Source: a bacterium (lineage in GTDB: Bacteria; Hinthialibacterota; Hinthialibacteria; Hinthialibacterales; Hinthialibacteraceae). From it: 48,930 bases of DNA. A model generated the notes under the pieces. The model was not told where the DNA came from, did no database searches, and saw nothing but the letters and a program-made list of their open reading frames with translations. The stretch spans positions 1 through 48,930 of the forward strand of contig JBHGBC010000028.1 in NCBI GenBank assembly GCA_041946805.1, given 5' to 3'. A program made the translations under genes and the position numbers. Shown piece by piece: positions 37,181 to 45,420 of this stretch; within the stretch, counting starts at the first letter, position 1; every line of letters starts with the position of its first letter.

Positions 37181-38572
37181 ATGATGAGCACAAAATTCAC
37201 ACGACGCGGATTCTTGATCGGTTCGGCCGCCACGTTGGCGGGGGGATGCGCGGCATCGAACGTGCGGCGGGTTCCGATTCTCCAAAGCCGCCGCGTGTCG
37301 CCCAACGAGAAACTGAACATCGCGGGCATCGGTGTCGGAGGCAAGGGATATAGTGACGTGGAAACCTGCGACTCGGAGAACATCGTGGCCCTGTGCGACG
37401 TGGATTGGAACAGCGCCGCGGGCGCGTTCAACCGGTTTCCCGAAGCCAAGAAATTCAAGGATTTCCGTAAGATGCTGGACGAATGCCCCGAGATCGACGC
37501 GCTGACCATCTCCACGCCGGATCACATGCACGCCATCGCCGCGATGCGCTGCATGGAGCGGGGCAAGGCCGTTTACGTGCAAAAACCGTTGAGCCACAAG
37601 GTGAGCGAAGCGCGCGCGCTGCGGGAGGCGGCCCACCGCTACGGCGTGGCGACGCAGATGGGCAACCAGGGCGCGGCCACCGACATGCACCGGGAGCTGT
37701 GTGAAATGATCTGGGCGGGCCTCATCGGCCGCGTGCGGGAAGTGCACTCGTGGACCGACCGGCCCAAGGGCTGGTGGCCGCAAGGCATTCCCGGCCCCCT
37801 GCCGGAGGAAAAGGTACCGGACTATCTGGATTGGGACCTGTGGCTCGGGCCGGCGCATGTCCGGCCGTACAATTCCGGCTACTGCCCCTTCAAATGGCGC
37901 GGCTGGTGGGATTTCGGCACGGGCGCGCTGGGGGACATCGCGTGCCATAACCTCAGCCCGGTGGTGAAGGCGTTGCGGTTGGAATATCCCACCAGCGTGG
38001 AATGCGTGCATCGCAAAGATGTGAACGATCAGACCTACCCCACCGAATCCATCCTGCATTACCAATTCCCCGCGCGGGGGAATTTCGACGCCCTGGATTT
38101 GTACTGGTACGACGGGCTGCTCAAGCCGAAACGGTTGGATGAAATCCGCAACGGCGGTGATCTGGTCAAAGAAAAAACCGGCAATCTGTTCGTGGGAGAC
38201 CAGGGCATGATCTTCATGAGCGGCCGGACCGAGCAGAATTACTTGATCATCAACGGCGAAATCGTGAAGGATTTCAAAAAGCCCGATCCTATCATCCCCC
38301 GTCTGCCCAACATTTCCGGCAAGGAAGGCCTGCAGGACGCCGACCGCATGCACAAGCTGGATTGGATCCGGTCGGTCAAAACCGGATCGGAATCGGGCAC
38401 GAATTTCGATCATGCCGGGCCTTTGGCGGAATGGGTGGTGATGGGGAACATCTCGCTGCAATTCCCCCAGCAAAAGTTGGAGTGGGACGGCCCCGCCATG
38501 CGGTTCACTAACAACAAGGAAGCCAACGCGCTGGTGACCAAGGACTACCGCAAAGGGTGGGAATTGGTCTAG
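37181..38572 (+). CDS. Gfo/Idh/MocA oxidoreductase with Tat signal
   Basis: TRRGFLI leader; GIGVGGKG, STPDHMH, YVQKP, QMGNQG, WDLWLGPA and GALGDIACH motifs. Confidence 0.92.
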   Translation: MMSTKFTRRGFLIGSAATLAGGCAASNVRRVPILQSRRVSPNEKLNIAGIGVGGKGYSDVETCDSENIVALCDVDWNSAAGAFNRFPEAKKFKDFRKMLDECPEIDALTISTPDHMHAIAAMRCMERGKAVYVQKPLSHKVSEARALREAAHRYGVATQMGNQGAATDMHRELCEMIWAGLIGRVREVHSWTDRPKGWWPQGIPGPLPEEKVPDYLDWDLWLGPAHVRPYNSGYCPFKWRGWWDFGTGALGDIACHNLSPVVKALRLEYPTSVECVHRKDVNDQTYPTESILHYQFPARGNFDALDLYWYDGLLKPKRLDEIRNGGDLVKEKTGNLFVGDQGMIFMSGRTEQNYLIINGEIVKDFKKPDPIIPRLPNISGKEGLQDADRMHKLDWIRSVKTGSESGTNFDHAGPLAEWVVMGNISLQFPQQKLEWDGPAMRFTNNKEANALVTKDYRKGWELV

Positions 38573-38823
38573 GTTCTGTCGAGATTCCGTACTGGATGAT
38601 TTACCGAAATGCGTACTGGTCTTTTCAGCGCCAGCGGCGCGGCATGAGCTTAGCCCAGGGCGTAAGCCCTGGGACGAGAGGGACCCAAACCATGAATTCC
38701 CTCTTCCTCTGGGAGAGGGATAGGGTGAGGGAGTTTTGTAAGGGCGGACCTAGGTGTCCGCCCTCCTCTCGGGGTGGATGGAATCAAATTTACAACATCA
38801 TGTACGCACTGGTTGGATGAACC
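38572..38823. mobile_element. Composite MITE-like element; partial inverted homolog at 2181-2375
   Basis: Right end GTACGCACTGGTTGGATGAACC followed by TTA; three hairpin modules inside; 38571-38765 aligns by eye with the reverse complement of 2181-2375. Confidence 0.55.
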
Positions 38824-38890
38824 TTAATATATGATACCTTCGTATAACTTAACAGAACCAGATAAGGCTTTACGATAGGAGATCGCCCCA

Positions 38891-40561
38891 ATGCCAGAAT
38901 TCCCGAAGCCAGAATCCCAATCCATCCCGGAAAAAGGCCAGCCGGAAGACCGGCCCTCCCGCCGGACGTTCATCAAGTCCGGCGCGGGACTCGCGGCGGC
39001 GGTCAGCGTGATCGGCGCCCCGCAGGCCTGGAGCGCGCCCCAGGCGTATCCGGGCCCCGCGCCCTCCGCGGTGGGTGGAACAGGAGAACGAACTTCCCTG
39101 TTCGTGTCCGCGCCTTCCGGCGATATGAGTTGGATCGCGGACGAGTGGAATCCCGCCCGCCCCTTCCTGATCTGGGGCCGGCCGTTGCGGGTGCGTCCCA
39201 TCCTGATGTATGCCGTGCCGGAGAAGCGGGAGATGACTTCCTGGCGGTCGTGGGGCGGCGTGCTCACGGAAGACAGCGCGGCGGAAGAAGTGGAGCGGAT
39301 CACCAACGAGCTCCGCGCGCTGGCCGGAAAGGCCGATTTTCCCCTGGAAGCGCTTCCCGTGGCCAAGGTGAAAACTCCCGAGGAAGCCGCCCAGGCGCTG
39401 CAAGGCGAGTATGATGTGGTGATGGTGTACCCGGCCTCGGGCGGCGGCAAACTGCTGCAAGCCTGCGTACCCCCCGAGGGCGACGCGCTCCTCTTCGCGC
39501 GCCACCGGTCCGGTCCGATTTATTACTGGTACGAAGCGCTGAGCGTGGCGTATCTCAACACGGACAAGGAGCGCGCGCCGGGCCAGGAACCGCCCCGCTT
39601 GGGCAAAACGCATGTGGACGATGTGGTGATCGATGACTATGACGAAGCGCTGTGGCGGCTGCGCGCGCTGTATGGCGTCAAGAACCTGACGGGCGCGCGG
39701 ATCGTGGCCGTGGGCGGCATCATGGGCAAATACGCCGGCGACGCGCCGGAGCGGTGGAAAGCGAAACACCGGCTGGAGATCACCGAAATCGATTACGCGG
39801 AAATGGAGAAGCGCATCCAAAACGCGTTCGCGGACGCGGACCGCGTGGCTCAGGCCGAACGCTGGACGGACGCCTATCTGAAACTGCCGAAAACCAGTTT
39901 GAAAACCGACCGGACATTCGTGGTGAACGCGTTTTTGCTCTACGGCATTTTCAAGGACCTCATGCGCGAGCATCAAGCCCCGGCGTTTACCATCAAGGAG
40001 TGCATGAGCACCATCATCCCCATGTCCAAGACCACGGCCTGCCTGACGCTGAGCCTGCTCAACGATGAAGGGCTGATCGCGTTTTGCGAGTCCGATTACG
40101 TGGTCACGCCCGCGGGGATCCTGCTGCGGCACATCGCGGGCAAGCCGGTGTTCATGCACAATTCGACCTTCCCGCACCAGGGCCTGGTCACCTGCGCCCA
40201 CTGCTCGGCCCCCCGCCGCATGGACGCCAACCGCTACGAACCCACCACGCTGCTCACGCACGAGGAATCGGATTTCGGGGCCGCGCCGAAGGTGGAGATT
40301 CCCCTCGGGCAGGAAGTCTCGTTCATCGATCCCGAATACGCAGTGGGACGTTGGGTGGGAATCCGGGGAAACGTGATCGACAATCCCTTTTATCCCATCT
40401 GCCGCTCGCAGCAGGATGTGAAGATCCAGGGGCAATGGAAGAAGCTGATCTCCGAGGCGCGCGACTCGCACTGGATGATGGCGTACGGCGATTATCTCCA
40501 GGAGGTGGGCTACGCCGCGCGCAAGATGGGCATCCAGTGGGAGAACATCTCCGACGTGTAA
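38891..40561 (+). CDS. L-fucose/L-arabinose isomerase-like protein with Tat signal
   Basis: SRRTFIK leader; FTIKEC, ACL, FCESD, CAHC, THEES and CRSQ...HW motifs resemble FucI/AraA-like C-terminal signatures. Confidence 0.65.
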   Translation: MPEFPKPESQSIPEKGQPEDRPSRRTFIKSGAGLAAAVSVIGAPQAWSAPQAYPGPAPSAVGGTGERTSLFVSAPSGDMSWIADEWNPARPFLIWGRPLRVRPILMYAVPEKREMTSWRSWGGVLTEDSAAEEVERITNELRALAGKADFPLEALPVAKVKTPEEAAQALQGEYDVVMVYPASGGGKLLQACVPPEGDALLFARHRSGPIYYWYEALSVAYLNTDKERAPGQEPPRLGKTHVDDVVIDDYDEALWRLRALYGVKNLTGARIVAVGGIMGKYAGDAPERWKAKHRLEITEIDYAEMEKRIQNAFADADRVAQAERWTDAYLKLPKTSLKTDRTFVVNAFLLYGIFKDLMREHQAPAFTIKECMSTIIPMSKTTACLTLSLLNDEGLIAFCESDYVVTPAGILLRHIAGKPVFMHNSTFPHQGLVTCAHCSAPRRMDANRYEPTTLLTHEESDFGAAPKVEIPLGQEVSFIDPEYAVGRWVGIRGNVIDNPFYPICRSQQDVKIQGQWKKLISEARDSHWMMAYGDYLQEVGYAARKMGIQWENISDV

Positions 40562-40810
40562 GACAAGGCGGATTACCGTTGGGAGAGGGCGAGGCTCCCG
40601 CCGAGCCGGTTTAACGTAAGACCCTCTTTTACAATTAATGTTCCAGTAAACGAAGCCGCTATCGTTACCGCTCCCTCTCCCTTTGGGAGAGGGTTGGGGT
40701 GAGGGAAGACGCTTTCCAACACGGCAACGGTTGAACGCCGCCTAGGGTTATCCATGGTAAACACCCCGGGCATTCGCATTGACTTCAACTTCACGGCCAT
40801 GGGGTAAATT

Positions 40811-42610
40811 TCACTCCCATTTCAGCGCATCCATCATTTCCCCCACCTGGTCATACTCACCCCGGGCGTAGGCATCATCGATACGCGACAGCGTGACCGC
40901 GCGGTCCCAGGCCAAGGGAGATTGCCGGCGCAGTTCCACGTTGCTCCGCGGATCCTGGCCCAGATGGGCGGTCATCTGCTCTCGGGCGCGGGCCTGCGCG
41001 GCCTTCTGGAAATGCTGGTAGCGGTATTCGCGGACCCATTCGAGAATATACCGGCGCTCATCGGGGGAGATATCCTGCTTCAAAGCCGCCGTCAGGTTCG
41101 CGGGGACCGGCGGCGCGAAATCCCCGCCTTGCCGTTCGATGGCCGCGATGAGCCGCTCGTTCAGGCGGGTGGCTTCGGGAACCGCCTCCTGGTTGTAAAA
41201 CGCCATGATCGAAGTCCAATCCCCGGTCAGGTCTTTGTTCTCCACGCCGTGAACCGAGGCCACCCGGTACGGCGCGTCTTCCCCTTCCCAGAAGTATTCC
41301 CAGCGGTCGAAATAGCCGTCGCGGTTGGTGTCGAACAGGCGGATTTCCGCGAGAGGCTCCTTGGATTCAATGAAGCCCACGGGTACCCAGCCTTCCACCG
41401 CGCCCTTGAGATGCAGGCGGCGGTCCACCGGGCTGTAATAGAGTTGGCGGCGGGTGGAGGGATTGGGCATGAACTCGCGGCGCATGTTCCAATATTGCAC
41501 GGGGCCGCCGGTGTTGTGCATCACGCGGCGGTTCCAAGTCCAAAAGACGCCTTCCCAGCGGCGGTCGTACGCGGGACGCGAGGGATGGCCGATGGCGATG
41601 GAGCCGTCCTCGAACTCGTGCCAGGAGAATCCGGTTTGTTCAGCAGGGTAGTTTTCGGATACTTCACGGGCTTGCGGGTATGGGATGCAGACTGTGGTCT
41701 TGGGCGCGCGGCGCAGGGGCTGCGTGCGGCGCATGCCGGAAAACTCATAAGGCAGAGCGCCCACCAGGTTAAAACCCATCTCGTAATGCAAGGGATTTTC
41801 AGGCGAGCTGAGGCCGTCGATATCCAGGCTGTAGCGGATATTGACGACTCCCATGCGCTCCATGGCGGGATCGTATTCTCCCTGGTAGCGGGCCTGGCTG
41901 TTGGCGTAATCGGGATCGGTGTCGGCCGAAAACGCCAGCGGGGCGGCGCTGAAGCGCACCACGGCCTCGGACTGGCCGTCGCCGTCCGTATCGTAAAACG
42001 CGAAGGGACATTCGGAGATGGGAATCCAGGATCCTTCGCGGGGGTTGTACTTGTTCATGTAGATTTCATTGTTCCCGTACGGATCGCTCTTAAAGAAATC
42101 GCCGGTGTATTCGTAATCGGCCAGATCCCACATGACTCCGTCGCCGTCCAGATCCACGCCGAACCAGGCCCGCCGGAGTTCGCCTTGCTCAAAATAGCGG
42201 GTGTCCATCTCATCGGGGATTTGATCGCCGTTAGAATCGATATAATCCACCAGGCGGTCCACGATTCCATCGCAGCCGTAATCGGCGACGTAGCAATCGC
42301 TGTCGGTATCGCCCTCCGCCGCGCCGGCGGGCAGGTCGCCGTCGTCATCGAGAATCCAAACGATCATATCCTGGGGCTTGGAGGTCCGGGCGCGGGCTTC
42401 ACGGCGGACGATCATGCTGCCTCCATCCGGATGAGAAGACTTGAGAACAAATTGTTCGCCGGCTTTGAGCTGTAACGCCCGCGGCCACCAATCTTTTTGA
42501 GTCAGGATCAATTTGCCGTCTTGATCCATTTGAGTTTCAAGTTCCCACCACGCGTCAGCGGACGTGAGGTTGGCGATGAGAGAGAGGGCAAAGATTAATG
42601 CAAAGCGCAT
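40811..42610 (-). CDS. Secreted hypothetical protein with multiple DxDxDG Ca-binding-like loops
   Basis: Signal peptide; DDDGD, DSNGDQIPD, DLDGDG, DTDGDG and DTNRDGYFD motifs; GGAG RBS. Confidence 0.75.
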   Translation of the reverse strand: MRFALIFALSLIANLTSADAWWELETQMDQDGKLILTQKDWWPRALQLKAGEQFVLKSSHPDGGSMIVRREARARTSKPQDMIVWILDDDGDLPAGAAEGDTDSDCYVADYGCDGIVDRLVDYIDSNGDQIPDEMDTRYFEQGELRRAWFGVDLDGDGVMWDLADYEYTGDFFKSDPYGNNEIYMNKYNPREGSWIPISECPFAFYDTDGDGQSEAVVRFSAAPLAFSADTDPDYANSQARYQGEYDPAMERMGVVNIRYSLDIDGLSSPENPLHYEMGFNLVGALPYEFSGMRRTQPLRRAPKTTVCIPYPQAREVSENYPAEQTGFSWHEFEDGSIAIGHPSRPAYDRRWEGVFWTWNRRVMHNTGGPVQYWNMRREFMPNPSTRRQLYYSPVDRRLHLKGAVEGWVPVGFIESKEPLAEIRLFDTNRDGYFDRWEYFWEGEDAPYRVASVHGVENKDLTGDWTSIMAFYNQEAVPEATRLNERLIAAIERQGGDFAPPVPANLTAALKQDISPDERRYILEWVREYRYQHFQKAAQARAREQMTAHLGQDPRSNVELRRQSPLAWDRAVTLSRIDDAYARGEYDQVGEMMDALKWE

Positions 42611-42679
42611 ATTCGGTCTCCAATCGGTTGTGAGGTGTTGAAAAGGATCGAGCTTGATTCACTAAGCCTACATTCCTTT

Positions 42680-42707
42680 GTAGGGGCACGTTGCCACGTG
42701 CCCCTAC
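42680..42707. repeat. GTAG REP palindrome GTAGGGGCACGT-n4-ACGTGCCCCTAC
   Basis: Perfect 12-bp stem; second copy 45207-45234; degenerate copy ~16387-16412. Confidence 0.8.
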
Positions 42708-42901
42708 GTTCAAATAAGGCCTCTTATTTTCGATAAATAACATACTCAAACCTCCCCCGATAACCGGGACGGACTGAAGGACGGCCCCACAAATTTCCCT
42801 CATCCTAAGTCCTTTTCCCAGGGCGTTGCCCTGGGCTAGCTTCTGTCGCGCCGTTGGCGCGTGAAAAACTGTTCCGCAAACCAGCTAATTGTTCTCTCTC
42901 A

Positions 42902-45082
42902 TTAATTCCCCCGCAAAATCGAATCCAGCCAGGAATAGACTTCTTCCTTTGCCTCCGGGGTGATGTCATGCGGGCCGGGATCGAGCCGGCTGCGCAGGCG
43001 ATCCTCAACGCCGTACAGACGCCACAGGCCGCGGGTGGAGAGGGTCATGGCGTGCGCGGCGTAACCTTCGGGGAAGATATCATCGCCGCTCGTCTGATAA
43101 TTGAAATACCCCCGGGGGGCGGTGAGGCGGATGACGTCCTCGAAATCCCAGGCAGGCAGGCGGCCGGCGCGCAGATCGATCCGCAGCCGGGGCATGTAGG
43201 AAAACCAGTGATCGCGCGCCCAGCGGCTGGGGGTGGCGTCGGCGCGCATGGGGGCATAACCGCAGCTGGCGGCGGCGGCCTGGATCCGATCATCAAAGGC
43301 GGCGGTGAAGAGCGCCTCTTCCGCGCCGAGCGAGTGGCCGATCGCGCCGATGCGTCCAGCATCGACCTCCGGAAACGATTGCAAAATATCCAGCGCCCGG
43401 CGTCCGTCCTGGATCATTTTGCCCATGGCGGACAAGTTGGGAAAGCTGTCGTAGAACGTGCGCGTGTCGAACGGCCCGTGGGGACCGATGCGTTCGCCCG
43501 CGGTGATCGAATCGGGAATCAGCACGATGTAGCCGCGCCGGACCAGTTCCGGGCCGAAATGGATGCTGGCGCGTCCCGCGTGGCCGGCCGGTTCTTCCTT
43601 GCCCTTCTCGACGGTCTGGTGAAAAACGAGCATCGCGGGATTTTTTTCCTTCAGGGAATCCGGCAGCAGGAGATAAGCGGTGACAGGATCATTCGTGGCG
43701 GCCTGGTAGCGGATTTTCTTCTCGGTGTATCCGGCCTGCGCGGTGGCGGCGAGGATTTCCACCTCCACGGGCAGGCTGGGCGGATCGACCGGGCCGATGT
43801 CGCGCAGCAGGAGGGATTTGATCTTATCCTGGAATGCTTCCCATTCGCCCTTGGACGAAGGCAGCGCGTGTTTGTACCGGTTCAGATCCGGCCGGGGAGC
43901 GAGATGGGTTTCCAGAAAGTGATACGCCGCTTCACGCACCGCCGGCGGGAACGAATGCTTCCCAGGTTCGAGGCGCGCGTCGAGAGACTCCACCGCCCCG
44001 TAGAGGGTATAGACCTGGCGCAGCTGGGCGTAGATAGGGCGCAGATTGTCCGTGTTGGGGAATATATCGTCGTTGAGCGTGGACCAGTTGAACAACGGCC
44101 GCGGGGCCGCGCAGGCGAGGATTTCATGCCAATCGAAGGGGATCTCATCGACATTGTCGAGATAAAATCCCAGCCGGGGCATCAATGGGGTGAGATGGCT
44201 CCAGCGGTTGGCGGCCGGATCGGCGCGGAGCGTGGTGAAGCCGCAGCTGGCCACGGCGGCGGAAATGCGCGGCTCGAAGATCGTGGCCAAGAGAGTGCCG
44301 TACGCGCCATGCGAATGGCCGATGCAGCCGATGCGGTATCGATCGGCGAAGGGCAGCGTCTCGAGATAATCGACGAGGCGTTGCACATCCCACACCATTT
44401 TTCCCATGAAGGACCAGCGCGGGTGCTTGCGGTAAAAGGCCGCGGAATCGTGATATGGTTGCGTCCCGGCGGGGATGCGTTCGCCGAAGCCGATGGCGTC
44501 GGGCGCGAGGCACACGAAACCGCGCTGGACGAGTTCCAGGGCGAAGGCCATTTGGGGACTGCCTTGGATGCCGCACGGTTCCTCCTTGCCCTGCGCGACG
44601 GTCTGATGGAGAACGATCATCACGGGACGCGGATTCGTGGGAACCGGTTTGGGGATGAGCAAGTAGGCGGGAATCCAATCGTCCATTTCCGTGGCGACGC
44701 GGATGTGGCGGCGGAGGTAAGTTCCCTGGTCTTCTTCCCCCATCACCTCGGCATACGGCGGCACCGGCTTGAGGTCAGCAGGTTCGCCCAGAATGGCGCG
44801 CAGAGTATGGAGAATCGCGTCACGTTTGGTTTCCCACGCCTGGATGAAATCGATCTTCGAGGACGGATCTTGCGTATTTTGCAGAAGGGGAAGCAGGCCG
44901 GCCAGGCCGGCCTGCGGGGCGCGGATATCCGGTTGGGTCTGCTGGGTGATCGCCAGCCAGTTCTCCCACTGATGGCCTTCCCAGGCGTGGGCGGGAAATG
45001 GGCAAGTCAACCACACGGCCGCGCCGAGAGTAAGGCATGAGATTGAATGGCGTTGGGATAATCGTGCATGATATATTGGCAT
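42902..45082 (-). CDS. Secreted tandem alpha/beta hydrolase (dienelactone hydrolase/carbohydrate esterase-like, two domains)
   Basis: Duplicated domain with nucleophile elbows GHSHG and GHSLG, HQT...GKEEP twice, C-terminal His motifs PGKH and PGPH. Confidence 0.85.
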   Translation of the reverse strand: MPIYHARLSQRHSISCLTLGAAVWLTCPFPAHAWEGHQWENWLAITQQTQPDIRAPQAGLAGLLPLLQNTQDPSSKIDFIQAWETKRDAILHTLRAILGEPADLKPVPPYAEVMGEEDQGTYLRRHIRVATEMDDWIPAYLLIPKPVPTNPRPVMIVLHQTVAQGKEEPCGIQGSPQMAFALELVQRGFVCLAPDAIGFGERIPAGTQPYHDSAAFYRKHPRWSFMGKMVWDVQRLVDYLETLPFADRYRIGCIGHSHGAYGTLLATIFEPRISAAVASCGFTTLRADPAANRWSHLTPLMPRLGFYLDNVDEIPFDWHEILACAAPRPLFNWSTLNDDIFPNTDNLRPIYAQLRQVYTLYGAVESLDARLEPGKHSFPPAVREAAYHFLETHLAPRPDLNRYKHALPSSKGEWEAFQDKIKSLLLRDIGPVDPPSLPVEVEILAATAQAGYTEKKIRYQAATNDPVTAYLLLPDSLKEKNPAMLVFHQTVEKGKEEPAGHAGRASIHFGPELVRRGYIVLIPDSITAGERIGPHGPFDTRTFYDSFPNLSAMGKMIQDGRRALDILQSFPEVDAGRIGAIGHSLGAEEALFTAAFDDRIQAAAASCGYAPMRADATPSRWARDHWFSYMPRLRIDLRAGRLPAWDFEDVIRLTAPRGYFNYQTSGDDIFPEGYAAHAMTLSTRGLWRLYGVEDRLRSRLDPGPHDITPEAKEEVYSWLDSILRGN

Positions 45083-45206
45083 ACCGTCTCCCCTTTCGAT
45101 GATCTTTATCTATCACATCCCTAACCCTAGGTCATGTTGAGCTACTTGAGTGGGTAACGATTCGCTTTATGACCACTCCGCTACGTATGGTTCTTGGTGC
45201 TTTCCC

Positions 45207-45234
45207 GTAGGGGCACGTTACAACGTGCCCCTAC
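45207..45234. repeat. GTAG REP palindrome, second copy
   Basis: GTAGGGGCACGTTACAACGTGCCCCTAC. Confidence 0.8.
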
Positions 45235-45420
45235 TTTCCACTCCTTAGCCATTCCGGTTTCCCCTCACCCTAGCCCTCTCCCGGGGGGAGAGGGAATCGA
45301 AACTCGTTCGCATCACGTATCCACTATAATCCGGCATTCCGCAAATACATGCCGCCTTATCCACCCTCCATTCTGTGTGATAAGGTAGGCAATGGCAATC
45401 CAACCCGGGCGAGGTGGATC

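Larger units (their letters stand above)
2273..42860. repeat. Dispersed double-hairpin repeat CCCAGGGC-n-GCCCTGGGCT...CGCGCCGTTGGCGC
   Basis: 2273-2319, 12063-12109, 13716-13737 (partial), 20960-21005 (rev), 38627-38673 (rev), 42817-42860. Confidence 0.85.
683..45294. repeat. Dispersed ~33-bp hairpin repeat CCCTCACCCTRRCCCTCTCCCAGAGGGAGAGGG (about 16 copies)
   Basis: Copies start at 683, 2215, 3160, 10690, 12005, 13550(rev), 15116(rev), 15207(rev), 17696, 24107, 29396, 31911(rev), 37082(rev), 38699(rev), 40673(rev), 45262; truncated at 42797; all intergenic. Confidence 0.9.

Noticed and set aside
38829..38850. loxP-like half site ATACCTTCGTATAA
   Set aside because: No inverted second arm and no recombinase; more likely a -10 promoter region or chance
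42854..45040. 728-aa plus-strand ORF, and other long antisense ORFs (33460-35289, 38870-40471, 40922-42475, 45454-47055, 26916-28379)
   Set aside because: They shadow well-supported genes on the opposite strand; expected from high-GC codon bias; no motifs
683..45294. 33-bp repeats as a CRISPR array
   Set aside because: Copies are dispersed, in both orientations, without regular spacers, and no cas genes are present
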